From contig JAIVFI010000014.1 in assembly GCA_025558095.1 (NCBI GenBank), forward strand, positions 372,001 through 436,000: a stretch of 64,000 nucleotides of DNA, given 5' to 3'. The stretch is from Hyaloraphidium curvatum SAG 235-1 (Eukaryota; Fungi; Monoblepharomycota). The number at the start of each line of letters is the position of its first letter. Position 1 is the stretch's first letter. The notes beneath the pieces were generated by a model, which was not told the DNA's origin, did not search any database, and saw nothing but the letters and a program-made list of their open reading frames with translations. Made by a program: the position numbers and the translations under genes. Below are positions 25,234 through 38,600 of the stretch, piece after piece.

Positions 25234-28200
25234 TCAAGTCGGCGACTGGCTGCGGCGCGGCATGCTCATGGGCGATGCGCTCCTGTTGCCGAGCGATTGG
25301 ACCGTTTTGTTGTTCACGGCAATCGTGAGCCTGTTTGAAGCGGGAGCAATGTCGTACACGCCCCCGAGCTCGGTGACGTAGAACTGCACGTCGGCGAGGA
25401 GCCGGTCTTTGCCAGCGCTCGACGTGACGGGCACGTTCTGGATCTCCTCTTCGAGCCGCTGGTTGTAGATGTCGGCGACTTGCGTGACGATTTGCTGCGC
25501 GGAACAGTGAGCTGCGGTTGCCCGCGGATGATCGCATCGCTTACCCGGAGAATGTCCTCCGACAGGTATTTCGACAGGACGCGGTGTAGCGTGACCAGGT
25601 CCTTGACGAGGCCCAGCATGTAGGCATTCGGCTTCCCCTCCGGAGCGGGCTGCGCCCACGTCGTAGCGTGCATGGCCTTGATGTGGATTGCCAGCCGATC
25701 GCTCATGATGGAAACCAGTTTGGCGTAAATCTGTTTCTGGTGCTCCGTGTAGTCCTGGTGATAAAGGGTCAGACACCGAAATCGCCCTGGTAGATTTCTA
25801 CCTACACCCAGCTTGCGATCGAAATCATTCAAAAGGACCATAGCTTGCCGCCCGTTTAGCTTGCTCTGGAGATTTTTGCGGATGGCCGGTATCAGAGCAA
25901 TGACGATGGCCAGGCTCTGCGAAGCCAGCGCTGCACGCAAATAGAGTCAACCACGTGTGCAGGCCCACAATTAAGCTCGTTCCCACCAAGGTGCTTGGCC
26001 GTGATGTTCTTGAGTCCCAGCGAAGCCACTGCACCGGCCCCGAGAATGACCTGGCAGATCCTTGAGTTGAAGAGCTGGAGGCGAGGTCAGGCAAGGCAAA
26101 ACCGAACTTGCGAAGCCCCTCTACAAACCGTCAGGATCTCCAGCAGGTCGTGAATCACCTCCGTCACGGCGATCGGCACGTCGTCGAGACATTGCAAGTA
26201 GTCCGCCAGCATCTTGACGAATATGAGAACGCACCCGACGGCATAGAACCGCTGCCCCCCGACGACGAGGAACTTGGTGCTGTTGCCGGAATCCGCGCCG
26301 AGAGCGGCGCCTGCGTCGTCCTCGCTCATCCGCACGGCGGACTCCTTGGGGAGCGAGGACACGGCCTGCGTGGGAGATCCGCTCAGGGCATCCGCGATTG
26401 CCTGAAACTCGAGGGGCACGGCGGCCTGGGTCCACGGCTCCGACTCGATCAGCAGCGCCAGCTGCTTGATCTTCTCCTCGTGGAAGTTGCGCAGGAACGA
26501 GCGGGACTGGTTGACGATGGCGCCCTTGAGGCCCAGAGTCGGCTTCCCGCAGACGGCCTCGGTGGCGGCGACAAAGGTCCAGGTCGCCGTGTACAGCCTC
26601 CGAAAGTCCTTGGCGTTGAGCTGCGCGTTGTGTTCGGACCGCACGGAAAGGAGCTTGGCGCAACGCGTGTGCGAGAGGTCGGCCAGGGCAGCAAGGATCG
26701 ACGACGCCTCCTTGGATGCCTGAGCCTGCAGGTCCGAGACGGTCCTGGCAACGGCCTGGGTCTGCTCCGCGCCTGCTCCCCCGCCAGACGGTTTGGCCAC
26801 GGCCCCGTTGGGACGCGCCTCGCCGTCAGCCCCCTGTTCCCCGCCGCCCTCGGGAACGTTGAGCGCGTCCACCTCGTCCATGTCGTCGGCGGCCCCATCG
26901 GGCCGCTGGCCGTCCTCGGCCGCGGGGGGCAGATCCCCGACGGGGTTGGGCGGCTGGAACTGCTCCAGGTCGAGCACGAGGGCGTCCCCGCCGCTGCGCT
27001 CGTCCACCTCGCCAATCTCGGCCACGATCGTCCGCAGTGCGAGCGCCGTGCGCCGCAGAAAGACCAGGTGCGACGCGTAGACGCGCGTCAGCAGCGAAAA
27101 AAAGGCGTCGAACGTCATTGTCCGGAGCTGCGTGGCGAGAGCGCTCTTTCCAGGCGCCGGCGGCCTATCCGCGGTGCCGGCAACCAGGCGGTAGTACTCC
27201 TTGGTCGCGGCCTTCAGGTCCTTCCTCGCCGTCTCCTTGAACGTCCTCATGGCGGCGACGACCTTGCGGGTGTGCACGAGTCCACGCAGCGTGGGCGAAA
27301 CACGGTCCGCCAGCGGTCCGACCCCGCCTCCCTCGGCAGCTAGCGCCGCGGCATCGGGCGGCGGATCGGCCGCGAGGCGGGCTGCAATCTCGGGTGCCGC
27401 AGCGAGCTCCGCAGGGTCCTTGACAAAGGAAGCCAGCACGCCGACGAACTCGGCCTCCATCACAAGCCCAATGGTGCGGTAGACTTCGGACAGCTGGCCG
27501 TAGGTATGGGCAATGGCCTTGACGGCACGGTAATCCAGGTCCGCCGCCTGCTGCGGCTGCGACTGGTCCGCGCGCGGCGTCGTCGCAGCCCGGGCCGTCT
27601 GGATGGTGGCAAAGGCGTCGCCGATGAGGTCCAGGGCCCCGACGTAGTCGTTCTGGCCCAGCAGCAGCTGCACCATGGGCTGGGTCTGGCGCAGCTCGCC
27701 GATCAGGGTCAGGGAGCGCAGCAGCTCGGCCAGGTTGGCGCGCCTGCGCTTGAGCTTGACCACGCGAAGGCCCTGCTTCGACGTCGACTGCGCCAGGCGG
27801 GCCAGGCGGGCTCGGACGGCCGAGATTTCCGAGACGCACTCGAGCGTGTCGGCGTGCAGCGACTGCAGGTTCGAGAGCGCGGCGAAAAAGGAGGACGAGC
27901 GCCGCGAGATCTCCTTGACGAGGTGGATCTCGACCGTGTCGAGGTAGTGCGACAGCTTCTCCTGCAGCACCGACGACGCGTAGACCAGCGGGTCGGGCGC
28001 CTTGCCGGCCGGTAGAGCCCCCGCGGCGCCGCCCTCGCACACGACGGCGAAGGTGTGCGGGTTCTCGAGCGAGAACCCCGGCTGGAAGAAGACCGGCGGC
28101 ACGGTCGACAGCGCGGGGCCACCGGGACCCGCGGCCGCGTTCCTGGCGCGCTGCAGCGCGTATGCATCGCGCCTGGGGGGTGCCGGGGCCAGGGCAGCCA

Positions 28201-28498
28201 GCTCGGGCAGCGAGCCCAGCGAGCCCGACGAGGCGGGGCCGCCCAGCGCGGGCGCGCCCTCGAGGCCGGCGGCGCGGTTGAACTCGTAGCGGCCGTAGGC
28301 GTCGCCGACGAGCGCGATGTACGGCTCGAAGTCCGCGTTCCGCACGCGGCGGATCGGCGCGGGGGCGGCGTCGGCCGGGGGCGGCGGGCGGCGGTCGGGC
28401 GCGTTGCCCGCCGTGACCGACGACACGGCGTTGCGGCCGATGTCGGCAAACGTCCACGCGCGCTCGCTGGACACCGCGGCCTCGAACGGGTTCGACAT
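25234..28498 (-). CDS. VPS54: GARP complex subunit Vps54
   Basis: LSTVPPVFFQPGFSLENPHTF, LQEKLSHYLDTVEIHLVKEISRRSSSFF.AL, LFNSRICQVILGAGA...GLKNITAKHL. Confidence 0.93.
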
Positions 28499-28511
28499 GG
28501 CTGCCGGACGA

Positions 28512-28527
28512 CCCCCCCCCCCCCCCC
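28512..28527. repeat. C16 homopolymer in the 80-nt VPS54/SAS6 divergent spacer
   Basis: Read directly from the sequence. Confidence 0.9.
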
Positions 28528-28578
28528 GATCCCTTTCCCGTTCACCCACTGGGACAGCCGTCCCCTCCCCCTCGCGAA

Positions 28579-30725
28579 ATGCCCCCGCTGTTCGCCAAGC
28601 GCGTGCCGCTGCTGGTGCGCGCGTCGGGCGCCCCGCCGCTGCCGCTGCCCGACGCGCAGAATGCGCCCGCCGCGCCGTTCGCCGCACGCGTGTCGGCGCA
28701 GCTGGCACCCGCCCGCGGCTCGTTCGGCCCCACCGCAGCACCCGCGCACCTGCCGCCCTCGCCCGCCTCGCCCGCGCCGTCGCCGGCCTCGGTGCCGCCC
28801 CCGGACGCGCCGTGCGTCGAGCACAGGCACCCCGGGATCACAGTCACCATGGCCCTGTCCGAGCGCGGCCAGATGCTGGCCGCAGGCGACTCGCCCCTGT
28901 CCTACCCCGCAAAACCGTTTGCAAAGGTTGCCCGCACCGGCTGCCGCTGTCTGCTGGACCGGGGCTCAATCCCGCTGCAACTCGCAGACCCTCACAATCA
29001 CCCTGACCGACGACGACAACCCGTTCTTCCTGCACGTGGCAGAGATCGGGGACGACGACTACCAGCTGCTGCGGGCGCAGCAAAACCTGCTCGTCGACTT
29101 TTCGCAGTTCCCCTACAAGGTCATTGAGCTGTTTGAGCTGTGCCTCGGCGAGGCCAGGGAGGCCTACCCAAAGTGGGTGCCCGAACACCCCCGGCGACCA
29201 CGGTCTCTCAACGTGCAACTCCTGCGCAGGTTCACGGCCCAGCTCGCGACCGACCACTCGTCGCGCCAGTCGACGCTGAGCATCGTCGAGAGCAACAGCT
29301 TCCGCAACATCGTGCACGTGGCGCTGCAGATGACGCCCGCCACAGACGCGATGCTGAAGCAGTTCCTAGCCGACTCCATCCGCGACTACAAGGTCCGTAG
29401 GGCGCGAAAAACCTCGAAGCTCACGCTCACGCTCCCGTTCCTCCAGCGCCAGCTCGCTTCCATGCAGTCCGAGCTCGCCTCCTCCCGTGCCCGACTGTCG
29501 ACGTCGATCGAGGAGTCGGGCTCCGTCGCCTCGCGCCTGACCCGGGACCTGGATCGGGAGCGGGCCGAGCACGCGGAGCAGGTCGCCGCGCTGCGGGCGG
29601 CACACGCGGACCAGATCGAGCGCGAGCGGGACGAGCGCGCGAGGGAACGGGAGGCCGCGAGGCGGGAACGAGAGCGGGATCGGGAGGAGGCGGAGGCCAG
29701 GGTCGAGGGACAGGCATGTCTCTTCCTTGCGGATCTGGCCCCAGGGAAGCTGACCCCGTTTGCCCTCCAGATAAAGTCGCTCACGACGCGGCTTTCCTCC
29801 CTGACGGCGGATCTGGCCGCCGCTTCCTCGCGGGCCGCGCTGCTCGACGCCTCCCTCGCGTCCACGCAGAAGCAGCTGGACGGCGCCCTCGCGGACCTGG
29901 CAGCGGCCCAGGCCGATGCGGATAGATACCAGGCCGAGGCCAGGCGCGCGGTTCGGGAGCGCCAAGAGACGGCGGAGGAGCTGGAAAGCGCGAGGGAGAA
30001 GGCGAGGGCGCTCCAGGCCCGGCTGGGCGAGGCCGTCGAAGCCGTCCGCGGGAGCGAGGGCGTTGCCGGCACCGCAACCGAGGAAAAGGTTGGGAATTGC
30101 TTTGCTCGCCGACCTCAGTAGGCTCACCGACGACCGGCTGCAGACCCAGCTTGCCGCCGCGCTGGCCGCGGAAAAGGTGCGCTGCGCCCGGCTCGAGGAG
30201 GACCTGGCCGTGCGCACGCAGGAGGTCTCCAAGGCCAACGACATCATCCGCCGGCTCCAGGCCGACCTGCGCGCCACAAAGACCAAGACAAAGACGAGGA
30301 ACACGGCCATCGTCCAGCAGGAGCGCGCGCTCGAGGAGCGCGAGGAGGAGGTGCGGGCCCTCAAGGAGGAGGTGGAGGAGCTGCGCTCCAAGCTGGATGC
30401 CGCGGAGGAGTCGCGGCGGAGGGCCAAGGGCAAGGTGGCGGACCTGGAAGGCCAGCTGGAGCAGGCCAAGAGGCAGCTGGATGACAAGTCGAACGGTGGG
30501 CCCCACGCTTCCCGAACGAGTCAACTTCACCCTAAACATCTCTCTCCCGAACCAGTGATTGCCTGGCTGCACAAGCGGAGCGCGGGCGGCGACCCGGGTC
30601 TGAAGGAGCGGACAGCGAACAGGGTCGGCGGCCTCGCGCACTCCGCGGGGACAGAAAACGTCCAGCCGACCCTGGGCGCGGGCATGGGACTCGACCAACG
30701 ATATGTACCGCGGTTCCTGGATTGA
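28579..30725 (+). CDS. SAS6: Centriole cartwheel protein SAS-6
   Basis: LTDDDNPFFLH....DDDYQLLRAQQNLLVDFSQFP, L.IVESNSFRNIVHVAL, coiled coil with EVSKANDIIRRLQ, VIAWLHK. Confidence 0.9.
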
Positions 30726-30817
30726 TTTGAAGCTGTCTTGAATGTCTTTTCGCGCCATGATTCGCAGATCGATTGGTGATCGCTGGCGCACAACACGAAG
30801 CGTCAACAACATCAAGC

Positions 30818-31270
30818 ATGGAGGTCGCGGTCGGCGAGCGGTTCGTGGACCGCTTCTACGCGGCCATGGACGGCCAGCGGACCACAGTCCGCGGCTTCTA
30901 CACCGACGCGTCGGCGATCCTGTGGAACGGCAACGCGATGATGCTGCCGCAGCTGGTCGAGTTCCTCGCGGCCTACCCCACGTCGACGCACACGGTGCAC
31001 TCGTTCGGTGAGCAACCAGGTCGTGCTATGATACAGCCGATGAACGCCGCTCCGCGTTGCAGACATCCAGCCCGTCTACGGGGGCTCCATCCTCGTCTCG
31101 GTCAAAGGTACTCGCGTCCCCGACGCGTCCGACAACGCTGACGTCCCGCAGGCGTCGTCAAACTCGGCGATCAGCACCCAAAGCAGTTTGCTCAGTCGTT
31201 CACGCTCGTCCCGGTGCCTGGGGCCGGGCAGGACTACGTGGTCGCGAATGACGCGTTCCGGTTCGTGTGA
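30818..31270 (+). CDS. NXT1: NTF2-like export factor Nxt1/p15
   Basis: FVDRFYAAMD..R....FY...S.ILWNGN; FAQSFTL; YVVANDAFRFV*. Confidence 0.82.
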
Positions 31271-31382
31271 ACCGCTCCACGGGACAACGGACGGCCGTTC
31301 GACGAAGGCGTCCAATTCACTCGGGCTCCACATCTTACACGATGGAGACCGAATCTGAATCCACAGCTGCTCCAATGCAGCC

Positions 31383-32543
31383 TCAGATTCCTGCCATCAG
31401 GCACCGCGCGAGCGCGACGCGGGATTTGTACGTCGAAATCTTGCGCTGCAGCGGGGGGTATGGCAAGGCGGGCTGGAGCACGAGCATGGAGTCTGTTGGT
31501 CGTGCAGACAGGGGACTGTCCATGAGGGCGGCTCGGCGAGCGCTTGGTTCGCGGGTGTTGAGGTCTGCGGGAGGAAGCATGGGTTAGCAGACGGCGCAGA
31601 GGGAGCAAAGAAAAGAAGAGCGTTGTCGATGAACACCCACCCGGTTTCCCTTTCCGGTTCTCCGCTTGCGCCCTTTCCAGAAGGTTCTGGAAGGTATCGC
31701 TCCGCCCCACGACGGCCCGCTTGTCCGCCTTGGAGTGGACCTTGCAGGCAAGAGATCGCGCACAGGGCTCGCCTCCGCTCATCACCCCGCATTGCTTGTC
31801 AAAGTCGATCGGGCCTGCAGCGGTCGTCAGATATCGCAGCACGGAGGGAGAGCCGGTAGGGAGGCACCTTTTGGCTGCTTCTTCACCGCAGGCTGCGGCT
31901 GCTTTTTCTTTTTGCTGTTGCCGCCCGCCGCCGGCGCGGGAACAGTCCCGTTGGGCGCCTCCGGATCGTCCCATGTGTCCGCGACCGTTCCCGGTTCTGA
32001 GCAGCCCGTTAGGACCTCGCAAATGATCCTCCGCGTGGCATCGTACCTTGCTTCCACACCGGTGCCTGCGACGCCTGGTTTGCCAGGGAGAGGTGCTCTT
32101 GTGCCTGGGCATTTTGGTGCCCCGCTGCCGTTGCGGCCGCACAGTTGTCTGCATTGGTCCCGCCGGAAACCGTGAGCCGGCGATCGTCGGCTCCAAGTGT
32201 TCCACACAAGCCCACCGATGTGCGTAGCGTATGCGCTCTGCAGGATCGGCTTGGAGCACACCTTGCAGAGTATGACTTCCTCAACCTCGAGCGGCAGACC
32301 AAACAGCTGCGGACGCCGCATCAGCGACTGGCGTGTCGCAGCCTATTAAGTGTATCCCACCTTCATGAATGAAGCATTCATGGGAATCGTCGCTGCGGTC
32401 GGGTTCTGCGAGCTCGTCCGCGGCGGGGGCTGCACGTCGTACACGGCTGCGGATTCGGGGCCTCAGACGACAGCGGGCGAATGCTCGGGTGCTTCCAACG
32501 CACCATCGAGCCCAATCTCTCTTGCGAAGGCCGACCAGGTCAT
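31383..32543 (-). CDS. SGF73: SAGA DUB-module subunit Sgf73/ataxin-7 (short form)
   Basis: N-terminal zinc finger LFGLP...CKVCSKPIL...H; SCA7 domain GPIDFDKQCGV...CARSLACKVHS...RAVVGRS. Confidence 0.85.
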
Positions 32544-32636
32544 ATAAGGGTGGGGGGAGGCCACAAGGTGATCGCGGTCGCCTTGGCTGTTGACTTGCCC
32601 CACTTCACATTCCCACCGGTCCTCCGATGACCGCGG

Positions 32637-35600
32637 ATGCGTGACGGCCGCTGGGACCGCCTGGTGTCGCGTCACGTCGATCAGCTGCTAGGCCGCGACG
32701 CGCCGGACGCCGCGGCGCTGCAGCGGGTGCGTGTGCCGCGGCCTTCGCTGCCGCAGCTGACGACGCGTCGCAGATCATCGACCGCGAGGGCCCGCAGACG
32801 CTGCTGCGCGCGCTCGCCCGCGCCCTCTCCGCGGGCACCCCGCGGCCGCCGCTGTGGTTCCTGGTCGCGCCGGCGCCCGGAGCTGACGCCGCCGCGTGGC
32901 CGCTGCTCGAGCGGGTCGACTGGCGGGACCCCGACGACGCCCTCCGCTGCGTCGACGCCCTTCGCACCGCCCTCGGGGGCGCTGATTGGGCATACCTGGG
33001 CCTCCTCGTCGGCACTCTCGGGCGCGGCTTTGCAGGCGGAGGTTGGACCGTCTGGCCTCGCCGTGAACCATTCTGACGCCCGCATCGCCCGATCGCAGAG
33101 TCCCCTCGGGCGTGGGACACCTTCAAGGCCCTCGCAGAAACACTCGCGGGCGCCGTCGCCGGTCTCCCGGACTCGGATCCGGTCAGGGACCGGTGCATCC
33201 GCCTCACCACCTGGCTGCACACGCAGCCGCAGCACCTGCCGCATCCCGCCCCGGAGGCCGAGGAACTCCTCGTGCGCCTCGGGCTAGTGGCCCCGGCAGA
33301 TACTTTGGACGCCGCGATGGACAATTCGGACCACGCGAGGGCCGGCGACGGCATCTCGCTCTCCAAGCTCATCGTGGACCTCGGCTACGCGTGCTGCGCC
33401 TCCGAGACAAACCTGCGGCATGTGCTGTCGCAGGCCGGCGTCTCGGCGGACAACGCGTCGACCGCCTTGAGCGATGCGGAAATCGCCCGGGTCCTGGGCC
33501 GGATGGCCCAGAGTCACTCCGGGCTCGAGGACACGGGCGCGCTTGCGGCGCTTGCGAGCGCGGCCGGCTGGACGGACGTAGATGTCGACGCCAGGCCAGA
33601 TTCGTGGAACGTCGAGTGCTTCGTTGGCGTAGTCAAGGAGCTCGTGAGTGATTTTCGTGTTGCCATTTCCACGTCCCCAACCGAGAACGACCACGCCTCA
33701 GCGGCCTGATGTCAACTGGTACGCGGTTGTCCGCGCTCTTGACTACGAAGGTTTTGGCGTTGGCGACCTGCAAGGGTTCGAGATCCTGAGGAAGGCCGTC
33801 ACTGTTGGATCGGACGTGGGTGGAGCTTATTCGCAGCGTGCGGTTCGACGCCAATCCGCCCTTTAGGAACCCAACGGGCGACCGCTGACTTCGGCTTTGG
33901 AACCGTGGCAAAACCGCGGTGGCCAGATTAGTCTGCTGAGGCAGGCAGTCTCGGCTCCGGTGGAGCTGTTCAGCTTCAGCAGGACCGGGGCGTCGCCGGT
34001 CATTTCGGAGGCTCCGGAACAGCTGCGGTACCTTTTGGACTCGACGTGGAACTGCCGCGCGCTTTTTGCGGCCATTGTCCACGACTCAGAAGGGAACGAA
34101 CCGGCGGTTCAGAACGTGAGGGAGACGCTGAGGCTGGGGCTCGGCTCCGTGCCGGAGCTCGTCGCCATCGGCCTGGCACAAGTACCGGTGAGCATCTTGG
34201 GTCTGCCTGCTGGGGTTTTGGTGCTGATGGATAGGCTTTCCAGCGACCCTGGAACCAGCTGCAGGAGGAGACCGCCTTGGCGGCATTTTCCGCCGCTCTG
34301 GACCGCCCGGGGGCGGCGTTCGTTGCGAAGCGCGTCTTCCAAGCCGACAGCGGGATTTTTGTGCAGAGCATCAGCGGCTACTTTGAACGCGACCCGTCAA
34401 GCATTGGCAAGGTCCTCGACTGGGCGTCGGAGGCAAACGTAGGTTACTCAGCACACCTGGTTGGCAAATGGTTGATTTGCTGCGGGTTGCGCGAACGACC
34501 CTGTGTAGGCATTGCCCGCCCTGCTCGAGTCCCCGAACAAGAGCCTGGCGCTCGCTCTGGCCACTTTGGCCGCTAGCCGCGACTCCATCAACATCGAATC
34601 ATGGCTGACGGATCGCTTAAGATCCTCCGGCGAATCTTTCGGCTTCGCATGCCTCGATTTCCTTGCCCATGCTGCAGGCCAAGACGCGCAAGCGCGGCCC
34701 ATGGGCATGTCGAGCGAAATTGCTGATGCTTTTCTGAGGGCCCTTCAGGCAGCTGCAAAGTGAGCGCTTGCCGCTGTCGCACGGCTTCATCGACCTTGCT
34801 CATTGGGGTGTCTTGCAGCTCTTCCGCGCGAGGAATCGCGCAGCGGCTCGAGGAGGTTACCGCTGCCATTGCGCAGAACCCCTTCCCCAGTGGGGCGGTC
34901 CAATCCGTATCGCCTGACGCGGGGCACGGTGCGCCGGTGTCGCCCAGTCGCACCTCGGCGGCGGACGAGTTTCAGCCCGGACAAGAAGTCACGTTCCCCC
35001 AAGACGTGGAAGACGAGGCAAACTCCAACTACGAGCGCGTCTACAAGGGAGACCTGACCGTGCCGGAGCTAATCGAGATCATGAAGCGTTACAAGCAATC
35101 CGGCGTCGCGCGCGAGGCGCAGATTTTCGCGTGCATGATCCACAGCCTCTTCGAGGAGTACAAGTTCTTTTCGCGCTACCCCGACAAGGAGCTCGGCATT
35201 ACTGCGACCCTCTTTGGTGGTCTGATCCAGGAGCAGGTCGTCAGCTCGACGTCTTTGGGGCTCGCCATGCAGAGCGTCCTCGACGCGCTGCGGCAGCCCG
35301 CGGACTCGAAGATGTTCCGCTTCGGCCTGCAGGCGCTTCAGCAGTTCCGGTCCCGCCTTCCGGAGTTTGCGCAGTTCAGCCTGCAGGCGCTCCAGACGCC
35401 GGGACTACAGCAGGCCAACGCGGAGCTGTTTGAGGCGCTGCGGAACGCCGCCAAGGGCGCGACGGGACCATCAAGCCCCACTTCGGCTTCGCTCCACATC
35501 TCCACGGTGTTGCCGGGGCTTGCGAACGACGTGGCCCAGACGGGCACCCCAAAGAGCGCGCAGGACGCGCCAGGACTGTTCAGCGCATTGAAGCTCGACA

Positions 35601-38600
35601 CGCTGCTCGAGCATGCGGAGAGCGAGCCGTACGAAACGCCGCCGGAGCACGTACAGGACAAGATCATGTTCATAATCAACAACCTGTCGTACACGAACGC
35701 GGACGCCAAGGTCAAGGAGCTGCGCGAGGTGCTGAAGGAAGAGTACTACCGCTGGCTCAGCAACTACCTCGTCGTCAAGCGGGCGAGCATCGAACCAAAC
35801 TTCCACGATCTCTACGTCAACGTCCTTGATTCCCTGAACCTCCCGGCTATCCACCGCTTCGTTCTCCTGGAGACCTTCTCCAACATCAGGATCCTGCTCA
35901 ATTCGGAAAAGACCCTGACGTCGTCCACGGAGCGGTCCCTGCTCAAGAACCTCGGGACTTGGCTGGGCTCCATCACGCTGGCGCGCAACAAGCCGATCAA
36001 GCACAAGAACCTGGCCTTCAAGGACCTGCTGTTGGAGGGCTACGATTCGAACAGGCTCATTGTTGTGATTCCCTTCGTGTGCAAGGTGCTGGAGCAGTGC
36101 GCGGGCAGCAAAGTCTTCCAACCGCCCAACCCGTGGCTCATTGCCATCATGCGGCTCCTTTCGGAGCTGTACCACTTTGCGGAGCTCAAGCTGAACCTCA
36201 AATTCGAAGTCGAGGTGCTGTGCAAGCGGCTGGACATCGACATCAAGGACCTGGAACCGTCGAGCCTGCTGAAGGACAGGCATCCCAAGGTCGCCCCGGC
36301 GGACGAAACCGCCCAGATGGCCAAGGACTTCGAGCGCATCAGCGCGGGTCCTTCCCCTGCAGTCCCGGCCGCCGGCCTTCCGATGACGATTCCGGGCGGG
36401 CTTTCAGGAGCGGGCGCCGGAGCTGGAGCCCTCGTTCCGCAGACGGACAAAATGGTGGACGACAACGTCATCGGATACCCGAGCCTGGCATCTTTCCTCA
36501 CGTTCAACCCGAGCATTCCCATGTTCAACGCTCAGCCATCGCTCAAGAGGATCGTGCACATCGCCATCGAACGGGCGATCAGGGAAATCATCGGACCCGT
36601 CGTCGAGAGAGCCGTCACCATCGCCTCGATTTCCACGCGGGAGATCATCATCAAGGACTTTGCACTCGAATCGAACGAGGAGAAGATGCGCAAGGCCGCG
36701 CATCTCATGGTGCAGAGTCTCGCCGGCAGCCTGGCGTCGGTTACGTGCAAGGAGCCCCTTCGGCTCAGCATGATTGCGCAGCTCCGGGCTCTTCTGGCGC
36801 AGAACGGAATCAGCGAGCAGGCGATTCCGGAGCAGGCCATCTTCTTGACGGTTGCCGACAACCTCGAGCTGGCCGTCTCGATCATCGAAAAGACGGCCGC
36901 CGAGAAGGCCCTGCCTGAGATCGACGAGGCGCTCGCCAATGCCTACACGAACCGCAGGAAGCACCGGGAAAGGACGGGTCAGCCTTACTTCGACGTCGCC
37001 GTTTTCACGGCGTCGCGCTATCCCAACACCTTGCCGGATATCCTTCGTCTGAAGCCCACGGGCTTGTCGGGACAACAGGTACTGTATGCCTCGTTTGCCG
37101 ACCCGTTTATTTTTCCTTACTTCGTCGCTCACAGCTGCGCGTTTACGAAGACTTCGCGAGGATCTCTCGCTACGTTGCCGTTCCCGGGCCGCAGGGTACG
37201 GAGACGTCGTCTCTACGTTGGTTGATTGCTCATCTGGTTTCCTTCCAGCGGATGGCGCGGATCGTGTGCCCCGTATTGCCGGACCCGCGTCGACGCCTGG
37301 CGCGCGTCCCGAGGCGAACTTCTATCCTCAGCAGCAGCTCATTGCGCCGCCGCCGGCGTTGCCCGCAGCGCAGCTCCCGCCCACGGCCCCGGCGGAAGAC
37401 GCTCCGATCCCTATGCAGCAAGCTCTGGACAAGATTGGGGTGAGTTCTTGCGCCTTGATTGTCTTGCTATCTGGTCCCTGACCTTTCGAGCAGCAATTCC
37501 TCATGGAGATGGACAAGGTCATAATGCAGAACGTTGCAACCACCAACACGATGGCCAACTCGCCCATCGAGCAAGACCTGAAGCTGTATCTGCGCCAGAT
37601 CATGCTTCTCGTTCAGCGCTGCATCGGGAAGGACGAGGCGGCGCTCGTGCTTTCCCAAAAGGTCGTGAGGCTCTTGTACCGCAACGAAGCCTCGCTCTCC
37701 CGCGAAGTCTACGTGTCCTTGCTGGAGCGTCTTTGCGAGGCGTCGCAGAAGGTTTCCAAGGAAGTCACGCAGTGGCTTTTGTACGCCGACGACGAGGTAG
37801 GCGACGATTGTGCTCCGCATATTCAATTTGTTCCTCACGTGCCATACAGCGCAAGTACAACGTCTCGCTGTACCAGATCATCCTCAAGACCCGGCTGCTC
37901 AACGTCGCGGAACTCGACATGCAGCTCGCCCGGCTCATGGAAGGAGGCCGCACGCCCGTCATGGACTTTGCTGCCAAGCTCATCAAGGCCTGCATCACCG
38001 ATGACCCACCGACGGCGACTCAGAACGACTTTATCAATTCGATCGAGGTGCTGAACCGGCTGGCGCAGCGTGGCAAGACCACCGAGAGGTTGGTTGCGGC
38101 GCCTACTTTAGGTTGCCAGCTTCCTGACGGATGTCCCGGCCGCAGCTTGCTCAGTCTGCTGGAGGAGTTCCGCAAGCGCAACCCCATGCTCACTGGAAAG
38201 GATCTCACCGTCAAGGAGAACGGCGAGGGGGTCGCCCTGCGCGACCAGCTTCAGTTCCTGTTCACGGAATGGGTGCGGCTCTATAATCATCCCGGCTCAA
38301 ACGAAAAGACGCAGGCGGCGTATATCCTGCAGCTACAACAGCAGGGGGTGCTGAAGGGCGAAGACGTGTCGTCGCTCTTCTTCCGCGTCTGCACGGAGTT
38401 GAGCGTCGAGCTCTACTTGAAGCACAAGTCGGTGCCCGGCGCCCCGCAGTACCTCGCGTACCAGGCCGTGGACGCGTTCGCGCGCCTGATCGTGCTGTTC
38501 GTCAAGTACCACGCGGACGGGCCGAACGTCAACAGCAACATCGCCCGGATCAACCTGACGACGAAGATCCTCTCCATCATTGTGCTGGTCCTCGTTCACG

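Noticed and set aside
28055-30121. 688-aa ORF apparently fusing an Arg/Pro-rich region to SAS-6
   Set aside because: An artefact of GC-rich antisense VPS54 sequence plus stop-free 3n introns. The better start is the ATG at 28579.
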